Source of the DNA: Candidatus Latescibacterota bacterium
Lineage (GTDB): Bacteria > Latescibacterota > UBA2968 > UBA8231
NCBI GenBank assembly: GCA_965200315.1
Contig: OZ241362.1
Location: forward strand, 3,904,001 to 3,968,000
Length of the DNA stretch: 64,000 nucleotides
Direction: 5' to 3'
Shown here: piece by piece, positions 7,773 to 16,852 of the stretch
Layout: each line of letters starts with the position of its first letter
Position numbering within the stretch: position 1 is the first letter of the stretch
Notes under the pieces: generated by a model
The model's database searches: none
Seen by the model: only the letters and a program-made list of their open reading frames with translations
What the model was told of the DNA's origin: nothing
Made by a program: the position numbers and the translations under genes

Positions 7773-8606
7773 ATGTCTAAACGCAAAATCGTCATCACCG
7801 GTGCCGCCGGATATGTCGCCGGCCGCATGTTGCCGGCGCTACAGGCATGCTACGAAACCGTTCTCTTAGATGTGAAAACAACCAATCGCCAAGGCGAAGA
7901 GGTCTCAGGAGTCCACATCGCCGATCTGATAGAGAAAGACCGCGATTCCTACCGCGAACACTTCCGAGGTGCCGATGCGGTAGTCCACTGCGGCTTTGTC
8001 CGAACCGGGCAGGGCCAACAGCGCTTCTGGAACGAGGCCGACAATATCACCATGGCCCACAATGTGTACCGGGTCTGCCAAGACGAGGGCGTGCGGCGGG
8101 CCGTGATCGTCAGCTCCAATCACGCAGCCGATTACTACGAAAATTTGATCTGGTCGGGACACATGGACTTCGTCGCGCCCGACATGCTGCCGTTATCGGA
8201 CAATTTCTACGGCTGGGCCAAGGCTACGTATGAGCTGCTGGGATTCATGTTCGCCTGCGGCAAGGAAGGGCCAGCCCTCGAAAATGTGCAATTGCGCATC
8301 GGCGGTCCCCGCGAGACCGACATCGACGGTTGCGGCAACGACTTAGAGAAAATGCACCGAGGCTTGGGGGCCTATCTCAGCGTACGCGACCAAGTGCAAT
8401 TGGTCACCAAGAGCATTGAGACCGAAGACATCTGCGACGCCAACGGCATCCCTTTCCAGATTTTCTACGGCATCAGCGGCAACGCGCACAACTTCTGGAG
8501 CTTGGCCAACGCTCGGCGCACAATCGGCTACGCACCCCAAGACGACAGCCAAGTGCGCTTTGCCGACAAAATCGCGGCGATTACACAGGCCGCGCAAAAA
8601 AGGTAG
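7773..8606 (+). CDS. NAD-dependent epimerase/dehydrogenase (uronate dehydrogenase-like SDR)
   Basis: ITGAAGYVAG, SSNHA, YGWAK (YxxxK), LRIG, YLSVRD, YGISGN. Confidence 0.85.
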   Translation: MSKRKIVITGAAGYVAGRMLPALQACYETVLLDVKTTNRQGEEVSGVHIADLIEKDRDSYREHFRGADAVVHCGFVRTGQGQQRFWNEADNITMAHNVYRVCQDEGVRRAVIVSSNHAADYYENLIWSGHMDFVAPDMLPLSDNFYGWAKATYELLGFMFACGKEGPALENVQLRIGGPRETDIDGCGNDLEKMHRGLGAYLSVRDQVQLVTKSIETEDICDANGIPFQIFYGISGNAHNFWSLANARRTIGYAPQDDSQVRFADKIAAITQAAQKR

Positions 8607-8607
8607 G

Positions 8608-8751
8608 ATGAGCAAGTTGGACGACGAAATTCGCGTTGATTCAGCAGAACTACTGGAACTAGTCGTCGCCGTTTTCGAGCGGTGCGGCATGTCGCAAGCA
8701 GACGCCGCTTGGTTGGCCGATTTGACAGTGATCATTGGAAAAAGTGCCTGA
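8608..8751 (+). pseudogene. Truncated N-terminal fragment of an Ldh_2 (AllD/YiaK-type) oxidoreductase
   Basis: MSKLDDEIRVDSAELLELVVAVFERCGMSQADAAWLADL resembles Ldh_2 N-termini. It is coupled to the upstream stop but ends after 47 aa, before the expected D.RG..SHG motif. Confidence 0.6.
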
Positions 8752-8788
8752 CCTAGCATTTGCATTAATATCTTTCGCGGAGGGCAAT

Positions 8789-10177
8789 ATGGCCAATAAG
8801 GTAACGATCTTTGGCGCGGGTAGCGTGGTGTTTTCGCTCGGCTTGGTCAAGGATTTGTGTCTGACCAAGGCACTCAACGGCAGCCACGTTTGTTTTATGG
8901 ATATCAACGAGGAAGTGCTCGATGTCATTTATGCGCTCGGGCGGCGCTATGCCGAGGACTTGGGCGCGGATATGACGTTTGAGAAAACCACGAATCGGGA
9001 AACTGCGTTAAAAGACGCCAGTTTTGTAATCAATACGGCAACAATAACGCACAATGAGTACTTCATGCAGCGCCGGCGCAACACGACGGCCAAGCTCGGC
9101 TATTTTTACGACAGAACCGGCCTGCCCGAATATCACAATTTGCAACTGATGCTAAATGTGGCAAAGGACATGGAGAAGTTGTGTCCCGATGCGTGGATTT
9201 TGTTGGCGGGCAATCCGGTCTTTGACGGGGCGACATTGATGACGCGGGAGACGGGAATTAAAGTGTGCGGTTTGTGTCACGGGCATTACGGCTATGCGGG
9301 CGTGGCGCACACATTGGGGCTAGACCCCAATAAGGTAACATGGCAGGCACCAGGGTTGAACCACAACATCTGGTTGACGGATTTCATCTATGAAAACGAA
9401 GACATGTATCCTAAGCTAGATCAATGGATTGCCAAAGAAAGCGAGACGTATTGGGAGCAGATGACCCGAGAAGGCCGAGCGATTCCCACGCAAATGTCGT
9501 GCGCGGCGATCCATCAATACAAGATGTATGGCCTGATGCCCATTGGCGATACGCCTCGGCGGGGCGGCTGGTGGTATCACACGGATTTGGCGACGCGGAA
9601 ATACTGGTATGATCCCAATGGCGGCAAAGACACGCCGGCCGGGCGCGATGCGGTGCTGGCCGGCAAGGCAAAAAAATACGAGCAGATGAAGGCCGCGGCC
9701 TACGACGAGAACATTCGGCCCGTTGATCTGTTTGGCGATCAGATGACACACGAGCAGCACATTCCCATTATGAATGGACTAGTCAACAACGTGGAAGGTC
9801 AGTTTCAGGTCAATGTGCCCAACTGCGGCGCGCTGCCGGGCATTCCCGACGACGTGGCGGTGGAAGTCCCCGCGATTGTCAATAAGAAAGGCATTCAGCC
9901 TTTGCGGGTGCCGCCATTGCCAAAGAAAATCATGCTGGAGTGCATCTATCCCGATTGGCTTGAGATGGAACGCACCCTCGAAGCGGTCTTGTCGGGCGAT
10001 AAATCGATGATGCTATTTGGCGTGCTCGAAAGCAAAGAGACGAAATCGTACGAGCACGGGTTGGAGACGCTGGACGCGCTGTTTAATATTGAACCCAATG
10101 AACCGATGAAATACGTGGAAGATATCAACGCGCATTTTTCTTGGCCGAAAAACTGGTCACAAAGCAAGGTTGAATAG
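8789..10177 (+). CDS. Glycoside hydrolase family 4 (alpha-galactosidase/alpha-glucosidase type)
   Basis: IFGAGSVVFS, CPDAW...GNP, GLCHG, GLNHNIW, NVPNCG...VEVP. Confidence 0.92.
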   Translation: MANKVTIFGAGSVVFSLGLVKDLCLTKALNGSHVCFMDINEEVLDVIYALGRRYAEDLGADMTFEKTTNRETALKDASFVINTATITHNEYFMQRRRNTTAKLGYFYDRTGLPEYHNLQLMLNVAKDMEKLCPDAWILLAGNPVFDGATLMTRETGIKVCGLCHGHYGYAGVAHTLGLDPNKVTWQAPGLNHNIWLTDFIYENEDMYPKLDQWIAKESETYWEQMTREGRAIPTQMSCAAIHQYKMYGLMPIGDTPRRGGWWYHTDLATRKYWYDPNGGKDTPAGRDAVLAGKAKKYEQMKAAAYDENIRPVDLFGDQMTHEQHIPIMNGLVNNVEGQFQVNVPNCGALPGIPDDVAVEVPAIVNKKGIQPLRVPPLPKKIMLECIYPDWLEMERTLEAVLSGDKSMMLFGVLESKETKSYEHGLETLDALFNIEPNEPMKYVEDINAHFSWPKNWSQSKVE

Positions 10178-10179
10178 CG

Positions 10180-11190
10180 ATGGGAGACACAGGTGGCACA
10201 GTGGCAGTGACCGGCGCTGCGGGCTTCCTCGGCAGCCATATATGCCGCGCCTTGTTGCACTGCGGATATGTCGTGTGCGCTGTTACGCGCGAGGGCAGCA
10301 ATCGCAAACTTCCCACTGACCTGAGCGAACAGGTAGAATGGCGGCCGGCCGATGTCCGCGATCCTGAGTCGTTAGATCAAGCATTCCAAAATGCGCACAT
10401 CGTCGTCCACAGTGCCGAGATTGTGACAATTGACGCTGATCCCAAAGGGTTGGCCGACGAGATCAACCTGACGGGCACCCGCAATGTGATTCAAGCATGT
10501 ATTGGCAGCGGCGTCCGCCGACTGGTACACATCAGTTCCATACACGCATTCAGCCCACTGCGCGGAACGACGCTAAGTGTCAGTTCAAAACTGGGTCAGA
10601 ACTCCAAGATCCCCTACACGGCCACCAAAGCCGAAGCGCATATAAGCGTACTCGACGCGGCGAGAAGCGGTTGGCTCAATGCATCTATCGTCTGTCCTTC
10701 AAATCTCATAGGTCCCGGCAACAACGAGCCGACCCGCGTAGGCAGCATGTTGCTCGCCATGGCTCGTAGGCAAATCCCGTGTCTCATCAACGGGGAATTT
10801 TGGTGGAGCGACGTGCGCGACACGGCGAATGCCATAGCCAACGCGGTAGAAGCGAGGGGATACGGCGGCGAGGTTTATTTCACTGCGGGGCAATACACAA
10901 AGACCAGACAACTGGCACGTCTATGTTCCCAAGTTCTGGGGCGTAAAGTAACGCGTCCCGTCGTACCCTATTTTATGGCTCGGGCAGCCTTGCCTCTGAT
11001 TAGATCACGTGCTGCGAAGCATAGCCTATCGTCTCTTTACTCCCGCAATTCGCTCAAACTCTTGCGCGACTGTCCGGCGTCCGTTGATGAATCCTTAGCG
11101 ATAAGTCAATTGGGATACGAGTCTCGGCCACTTGAAGAGTCGATTCGCGACGCCCTCAATTGGTTCGCAGAGCAGGGAATGCGTGTGTAA
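10180..11190 (+). CDS. NAD-dependent epimerase/dehydratase (dihydroflavonol reductase-like extended SDR)
   Basis: VTGAAGFLGSH, INLTGTRNV, HISS, YTATK. Confidence 0.85.
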   Translation: MGDTGGTVAVTGAAGFLGSHICRALLHCGYVVCAVTREGSNRKLPTDLSEQVEWRPADVRDPESLDQAFQNAHIVVHSAEIVTIDADPKGLADEINLTGTRNVIQACIGSGVRRLVHISSIHAFSPLRGTTLSVSSKLGQNSKIPYTATKAEAHISVLDAARSGWLNASIVCPSNLIGPGNNEPTRVGSMLLAMARRQIPCLINGEFWWSDVRDTANAIANAVEARGYGGEVYFTAGQYTKTRQLARLCSQVLGRKVTRPVVPYFMARAALPLIRSRAAKHSLSSLYSRNSLKLLRDCPASVDESLAISQLGYESRPLEESIRDALNWFAEQGMRV

Positions 11191-11211
11191 CCTTTGCGTT
11201 TCACGGCTCGT

Positions 11212-13032
11212 TTAGCGCTCAATAATGGGTAAAACCACCTGCGACGGGTGTTCGGGATCGTGATAAATCGCCTGCTCGGCAATCTCAAACCGCCGCTCAA
11301 TGCCCAAATTGCCGCCCGTGTTCGGATTCACGTCAAAGCGCGGCCAGTTGCTACTGGAAATGTCTAAGCGAATCCGATGTCCCTTCTTGAAGACATTAGA
11401 CGTTGGATATAGCTGAAAGACAAACTCGTACACCTTCCCCGGTTCCAACAACTCTGGCGCATCCCAACTGTTCCGGTAGCGGGCGCGGATGATGGAATCT
11501 GTCAGGTTGATCGCAAGCCCATCGGGATAGTCATCGCTCAACGGACAAACGTCGATCAGCTTAGCTGTAAAGTCCGTATCGCGGGCCGATGACGAGGCAT
11601 GCAGTTTAACCACAATGGGCCCCGTGACTTCCACATCCTTCTCTAACGGATCGGTCTGAAAAGTCAGCACATCGCTGCGGGCGTTGAGGGGGAGGGTGTC
11701 TTTGCAGCCAAAGAACTTGGCGTCCCCGCGCTGGTCAAACGCGCCAGCACTCATGATGGGGTCCGCCGCAGAGATGCCGCCACCGATGGTTGGAACGGGA
11801 TCGCGCGGATCAAAGCTAAAGCGGCTTGGTGCATGGCCAGCGGTAGGTAGCGCGGTGGATAGCTCGCCGTCGGCGTGCAGATAGTACGGCGCGAACTGGG
11901 TGTCGGGCAGGGGAAAGTCCTGCTCGTCGCGCCAATAGCCGCCGTGATGGAGGCGTCCCTGATAGTTGGCTGTTCCCTCGCCCGTGCCCATTGCGAAAAT
12001 TTTGACCGGCGACCAGTCGGCAACTTCTGTGTGCAGCCCCTTGAGGAAGTGGTCAAACCACGCCAGCCGCAGGTCGTTGTAATTAATAAAGGAGTGATTG
12101 CCGAAATCGACGTCGCCGGCATTAGATACACTCCAGCCGCCGTGCGTCCACGGCCCCATCAACAGCACCTGCCGCGACTTTTTCATTTTGCTCAATGCGG
12201 TAAAATTTTCGCAGGTCGCCCGCGCATACGAGTCATACCACCCGCCTAGATAGAGCGTCGGCACATCGGCGTGCTCTTCGTAATACTGGGAGATGGCATA
12301 CCCGCGTTGCTTCCAGTAATCGTCGTATTCCCCGTGCGTAAACAGATCGAGCACCCATTGTTCGTAATTAGGTAGCATCCGCAGTGGCGAGGTGCCTTTC
12401 TTGAGCGGAGCGGACAATACCCATTCGCCCACATTGGCAAACGCTTTGTCAACTGCGGCTTTGAGGTTGATGTTGGCAAGCGCTTCCTTGCTGGTGGTCG
12501 CCATGCGTAAGGCATAGATCATGAACCGTTGTTCGAGCGCACCGTTTTGCCGCATCGAACAGTGATAGTAATTCGACGCGCCAACAGCGACGATCATCGT
12601 CGTCAGGTGTGGCGGGTTGAGCGTTGCCAGCGCCGACTGGTCACTGCCACAATACGAGCCGCCCATCGTGCCAACCTTCCCATCACTCCACTCTTGTGCG
12701 CCGAGCCATTCCACCGTGTCGTAGCCATCGGGAGCTTCTTTGGCGAAGGGATACCACTCGCCTTCGCTGGCAAAGCGGCCGCGCACATCCTGAATCGCGC
12801 AGACGTAGCCGCGCCGAGCGAAGTACGCACCGTTCGTCACATTGCCCGCTGCCGCCTTATCGTAGGGGGTACGCTCCAAAATTACCGGGAATTTTCCCGC
12901 CGCCGGTTGACCTCTCAGCGCAGGAAAGTAAATGTCAGTGGCCAAGCAGACGCCATCCCGCGTCGGAATCATCACGTTGGATTGGCAGAGCGCGTCGTAC
13001 TGCTGATGAGAACCTCGATATGATTCGGTCAT
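11212..13032 (-). CDS. CocE/NonD family serine hydrolase
   Basis: RDGVCLATDIY, RTPY, QDVRGRFASEG, GGSY nucleophile elbow, GWYD, GPWTH, SSNWPRFDVN. Confidence 0.92.
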   Translation of the reverse strand: MTESYRGSHQQYDALCQSNVMIPTRDGVCLATDIYFPALRGQPAAGKFPVILERTPYDKAAAGNVTNGAYFARRGYVCAIQDVRGRFASEGEWYPFAKEAPDGYDTVEWLGAQEWSDGKVGTMGGSYCGSDQSALATLNPPHLTTMIVAVGASNYYHCSMRQNGALEQRFMIYALRMATTSKEALANINLKAAVDKAFANVGEWVLSAPLKKGTSPLRMLPNYEQWVLDLFTHGEYDDYWKQRGYAISQYYEEHADVPTLYLGGWYDSYARATCENFTALSKMKKSRQVLLMGPWTHGGWSVSNAGDVDFGNHSFINYNDLRLAWFDHFLKGLHTEVADWSPVKIFAMGTGEGTANYQGRLHHGGYWRDEQDFPLPDTQFAPYYLHADGELSTALPTAGHAPSRFSFDPRDPVPTIGGGISAADPIMSAGAFDQRGDAKFFGCKDTLPLNARSDVLTFQTDPLEKDVEVTGPIVVKLHASSSARDTDFTAKLIDVCPLSDDYPDGLAINLTDSIIRARYRNSWDAPELLEPGKVYEFVFQLYPTSNVFKKGHRIRLDISSSNWPRFDVNPNTGGNLGIERRFEIAEQAIYHDPEHPSQVVLPIIER

Positions 13033-13072
13033 GAATTTTCCTCTTAAAGCACTTTGGGCTTCAGGCAACTGC

Positions 13073-14485
13073 TCAATCCGGTAGCGGCTCTTCCCCCGCG
13101 TAGGGCTGGTCGCCCACTTTTTCCTGTAGGCGGCGCAATTCCCCGCGCAATTGGCGCACTACATCGGCGTAGGCCGGGTCGCGGTACACGTTGACCAACT
13201 CGCACGGGTCTTTTGCCAGATCGAACAACTCCCACTCCGGCTCTTTGGGCTCGTCTATGGCCCCAGGCTGGTCTAAGGAGTCGGCATAGTAGTAGATGAG
13301 CTTGTAGCGCAAAGTGCGGACTCCGTAGTGGGCGTACACGTGGTGGTGCGCCAAGTGCATCCAGTAGCGGTAGTACATCGCCGTCTGCCAGTCGTCCGGG
13401 GTTCGTCCCTCCAGCACGGGGCGCATGGAGCGTCTTTGGAAGGAATCGGGCATATCGACGCCGGCGTAGTCGAGGAACGTGGGGGCAAAGTCGACGTTGA
13501 GAATCATGTCGGCGCTGACGCTGCTGGCGGCAATGGCGCGCGGATAGCGAATGAGGAAGGGCATGCGCAGCGATTCCTCGTACATGAAGCGCTTGTCGTA
13601 CCAGCCGTGATCGCCGAGAAAAAAGCCCTGATCCGAGGTATAGACGACCATGGTGTCGTCGGCAATGCCCTCGGCGTCGAGATAGTCGAGCACACGACCA
13701 ACGTTGTCATCGACTGCGGCGACGCAGCGCAGATAGTCCTTTATGTAGCGCTGGTACTTCCACTTTTTCTCCTCTTCCGGCGTCAGCCCTTCGGGTACGG
13801 GCCGCTTGAGATCGGTGGCATTGAGGTCGCGGTCAACTCGCATTTTGGCGGCTCCGGCGGCTGCCGCTCGATTCTGGTAGTCGTCGTCAAAGGTCTCTGG
13901 CTCGGGGATATCTTCGTCTTCGTACAGATGGGCGTGTTTTTCGTCCGGCTCCCAAGGGCGGTGCGGAGCCTTGTGGTGATACATCAGGCAAAAGGGCCGC
14001 TCCTTGTCGCGCGCCTCGAGCCAGTCGAGCGACAGGTCGGTGATAATATCGGTCGTGTAGCCCTCGTATTGGACCTTGTCGCCGTTGTACACCATTTCCG
14101 GGTCGAAGTAAGGGCCTTGGCCTTGGAGGATGTTGTAGTAGTCAAAGCCGGTAGGCCAGTGAGCTGGCCCTTGGCCTAGATGCCATTTGCCGACGATGGC
14201 GGTCTGGTAGCCAACGCCCTGCAAGAGCTTGGCGAAGTTGAGCTGGCGATTGTCGTGGCGCGAGTCCAAGGTGGTCATGCCGTTGGCGTGATTGTACGTG
14301 CCGGTGAGGATCGTGGCGCGGGAAGGGCCGCAAATGGAATTGGTGCAAAAGCAGTTGTTAAAGCGCATGCCGCCCTCGGCAATGCGGTCGAGGTTGGGCG
14401 TGGTGTTGATGCGGCTGCCGTAGCAACTCATGGCGTGGGCCGCGTGATCGTCGGTCATAATAAAGAGGATATTGGGACGAGACAT
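13073..14485 (-). CDS. Cys-type formylglycine-dependent sulfatase
   Basis: PNILFIMTDDH, CGPSRATILTG (CxPxR), GKWHL, SDQG, DKRFMYEES. Confidence 0.95.
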   Translation of the reverse strand: MSRPNILFIMTDDHAAHAMSCYGSRINTTPNLDRIAEGGMRFNNCFCTNSICGPSRATILTGTYNHANGMTTLDSRHDNRQLNFAKLLQGVGYQTAIVGKWHLGQGPAHWPTGFDYYNILQGQGPYFDPEMVYNGDKVQYEGYTTDIITDLSLDWLEARDKERPFCLMYHHKAPHRPWEPDEKHAHLYEDEDIPEPETFDDDYQNRAAAAGAAKMRVDRDLNATDLKRPVPEGLTPEEEKKWKYQRYIKDYLRCVAAVDDNVGRVLDYLDAEGIADDTMVVYTSDQGFFLGDHGWYDKRFMYEESLRMPFLIRYPRAIAASSVSADMILNVDFAPTFLDYAGVDMPDSFQRRSMRPVLEGRTPDDWQTAMYYRYWMHLAHHHVYAHYGVRTLRYKLIYYYADSLDQPGAIDEPKEPEWELFDLAKDPCELVNVYRDPAYADVVRQLRGELRRLQEKVGDQPYAGEEPLPD

Positions 14486-14504
14486 AGAACTCCTTGCTCA
14501 AGGG

Positions 14505-16841
14505 TTAGTAAATGACAGCGACGGGACGCATAGCCACGCTCTCACCGGCGGCGGCACCGAGATCAATGTGGCAGAGGTACAGCCCCGGAGGCACCAGCGC
14601 CCCTTGGGCATCGCGCCCAGACCACGTATAGGAGCCGATATCCTCGCCGGCGACCAACTCGACCACCAAGCGGCCCGCCAAGTCGAATACCCGCACCCGC
14701 GGCGTCGCTGTCTCTACCTTGAAGACCACGAAGCGGATATGCACTTGATCGTTGACCCCGTCGCCATTGGGCGTAAGGGTGGCCGGAGCCAGTTCTAGAT
14801 CGCCGATGAGTTGGTCGCTGCCGGTCAGAGCCGGCAGAAGCACCACATTGGCGCGCCGAGCAGCGGCCTCCACGGACTGCCACAGGCCCGGCCGGTCTCC
14901 ATGACCAAGCTCCGCACTGAAGACCGTGGCATTACGCCACAGACGCGCAGTGAAATGAACCTCTAGCGAATCGCCGCCAACGCGCTGACCCAAGTCCACG
15001 AATAAGGAATCGCCCCGCTGCGCGACCTCCTCCACGGCGATAGGCTCGCCGGCAAGGATTATTTCCACCGCTCCAGCCCCCAGCCAGCCGCCGGGAGCGA
15101 CGAGCCGCAGCCGGTCAAAGCCGCTGTCGTCTTCGGCAACCGTCGGCCACAGCTTATAAGTAAAGCGCGTGTCCTCGTTGGGCTGAGCCTCGCGCGGCCA
15201 GACCTGTCCCTTGACCTCGGTCACCAAGGCGTCCTCAAACTCGATCGACAGCGAGCGCAACACGGGCGCAACCCGCGGGTCTTCGGTCGAGAGCAGGGCC
15301 TCTAGCTGGATGAAGCGGCGCGGGCTATCCGACTGGAAGGCTTCGCCCGAGTGCTGATAGACATTGCTCCACGCGCCCCAATCTTCGCCTACGACCAGCG
15401 CGGTATCCACCCGGCCGCGCAGCACCTTGGGCGAGCTGAGCCACTTTTCTTCGGTTACTACTTCGCCGATCTTGTTGTGATATGTGTACTCCTCGCTGAG
15501 CCTTACGCCCGAGCGGGAGCGCAATTGCATCCGCGTTCCCACTGGCAAATCCGCATCCCACGACAAGTGCTTGATGGCCTTGGCCCGGCCATCGCCAACG
15601 ATCTCGCCCAAGTCGATAAAGCCCGAGCGCAGCACCACTTGCGCCGGGTAACCGGGCGAAAACAGCATCAGTTCGGCCGCACGTGCGTGCCACTCATGCG
15701 AAGTCAGGAAGCCGTGCCAGAACAGATAGCGCACTTTGCGCGGCTTGAACAGGTAGCGATAGTGCCGCTCAGGACCGGCGAAGGGATTTTGCTCGTTGCC
15801 GTGGCCCACCAAGCGATCGTAGTCGACCTCGCCCGAGGTAGTGCGCCGACCGTCCGAGACCAAGAAGGCGAATCCCGTGCCTCCGTTGCGCACCGAAGAG
15901 CCGGAAGCGCCCTCGCCCTGATTGTTGAAATAGAGGAATATCTCGTCAATCCAGAACTGGGCCCCTAGATCCAGTTCCCACCACAGCCCTTCGTTGCGCC
16001 AGCCAGAGGTGGCTCGATAGGTAGTGAACTTGTTGGCATAGGTATTCATGTCGCCGTCGACCAAACCCACCACGTCGCGGACGACTAGGCCGGTTTTAAA
16101 GGACCCACCGCGCTCTAGGACGCCGAGGCTGAAATTGTCACCGACAGCACTCACCTCAACCTCGGCGAGAGCCGCGTCTGCGCTCTGCTCATCAGCACCA
16201 ATGCGAATGTATTGGATAACCCGGAAACGCGCCGCGTCCTCAAACACCACATCTAGGCCGGGGTCTAGGACCCGCGTGATGTCGTTGCGCCCGCTCAGCC
16301 CGATGCGGATCTCGGTCTCTTCGTTGGGCAAGGTCGTCTGATACACCGATTCAAAGCGGAAGACATCCTTGCGGGGATCAATCGTCGCTCCAGTGGCCAC
16401 ATAAACCGTAAACTGCCGCAAGGGACGCGCGCCCTCTTGGTCGGGAAAGCGCAAGCGCAATTCTTGAGCCAACACCGCTCGGCCGAGATCAATCTCGACT
16501 TCCCATTTGGCCAGCGGATCGGCCGGGTCGGGCTGCCAGAAGGTGTTGTAATCACCGTCGATGATATTGGCGGCGTCGCTTGAGTTGGACCCAGCCCGGA
16601 AGATGCCGCCCGGCACGGCTTTCTGCTCCATTGTATCGTGGAAAAACCGGCTCGCATTGCGCACGGGGTCAATGTCTTTGCGGAACTTGGCCAGATCTAG
16701 ATGCCCGGACGGCCTGAGCTGCACCAGCCCTTGCGGCAGTTGCCAAGTCTGCCACTTCTCGGCGCTGTCAAAGGTAAACACCTCGGCCGCGAGGGGGTGG
16801 GCGAACAGGCTTAGAGCGGCACACCAGAAAAAGATCGCCAT
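14505..16841 (-). CDS. Secreted protein with discoidin-like domains and C-terminal FlgD-Ig/CTD
   Basis: Signal peptide MAIFFWCAALSLFAHPLAA; IDGDYNTFW...IDLG; C-terminal TPNGDGVND...FDLAGRLV...WSGRD...PPGLY. Confidence 0.8.
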   Translation of the reverse strand: MAIFFWCAALSLFAHPLAAEVFTFDSAEKWQTWQLPQGLVQLRPSGHLDLAKFRKDIDPVRNASRFFHDTMEQKAVPGGIFRAGSNSSDAANIIDGDYNTFWQPDPADPLAKWEVEIDLGRAVLAQELRLRFPDQEGARPLRQFTVYVATGATIDPRKDVFRFESVYQTTLPNEETEIRIGLSGRNDITRVLDPGLDVVFEDAARFRVIQYIRIGADEQSADAALAEVEVSAVGDNFSLGVLERGGSFKTGLVVRDVVGLVDGDMNTYANKFTTYRATSGWRNEGLWWELDLGAQFWIDEIFLYFNNQGEGASGSSVRNGGTGFAFLVSDGRRTTSGEVDYDRLVGHGNEQNPFAGPERHYRYLFKPRKVRYLFWHGFLTSHEWHARAAELMLFSPGYPAQVVLRSGFIDLGEIVGDGRAKAIKHLSWDADLPVGTRMQLRSRSGVRLSEEYTYHNKIGEVVTEEKWLSSPKVLRGRVDTALVVGEDWGAWSNVYQHSGEAFQSDSPRRFIQLEALLSTEDPRVAPVLRSLSIEFEDALVTEVKGQVWPREAQPNEDTRFTYKLWPTVAEDDSGFDRLRLVAPGGWLGAGAVEIILAGEPIAVEEVAQRGDSLFVDLGQRVGGDSLEVHFTARLWRNATVFSAELGHGDRPGLWQSVEAAARRANVVLLPALTGSDQLIGDLELAPATLTPNGDGVNDQVHIRFVVFKVETATPRVRVFDLAGRLVVELVAGEDIGSYTWSGRDAQGALVPPGLYLCHIDLGAAAGESVAMRPVAVIY

Positions 16842-16852
16842 GCGTTGCTTCC

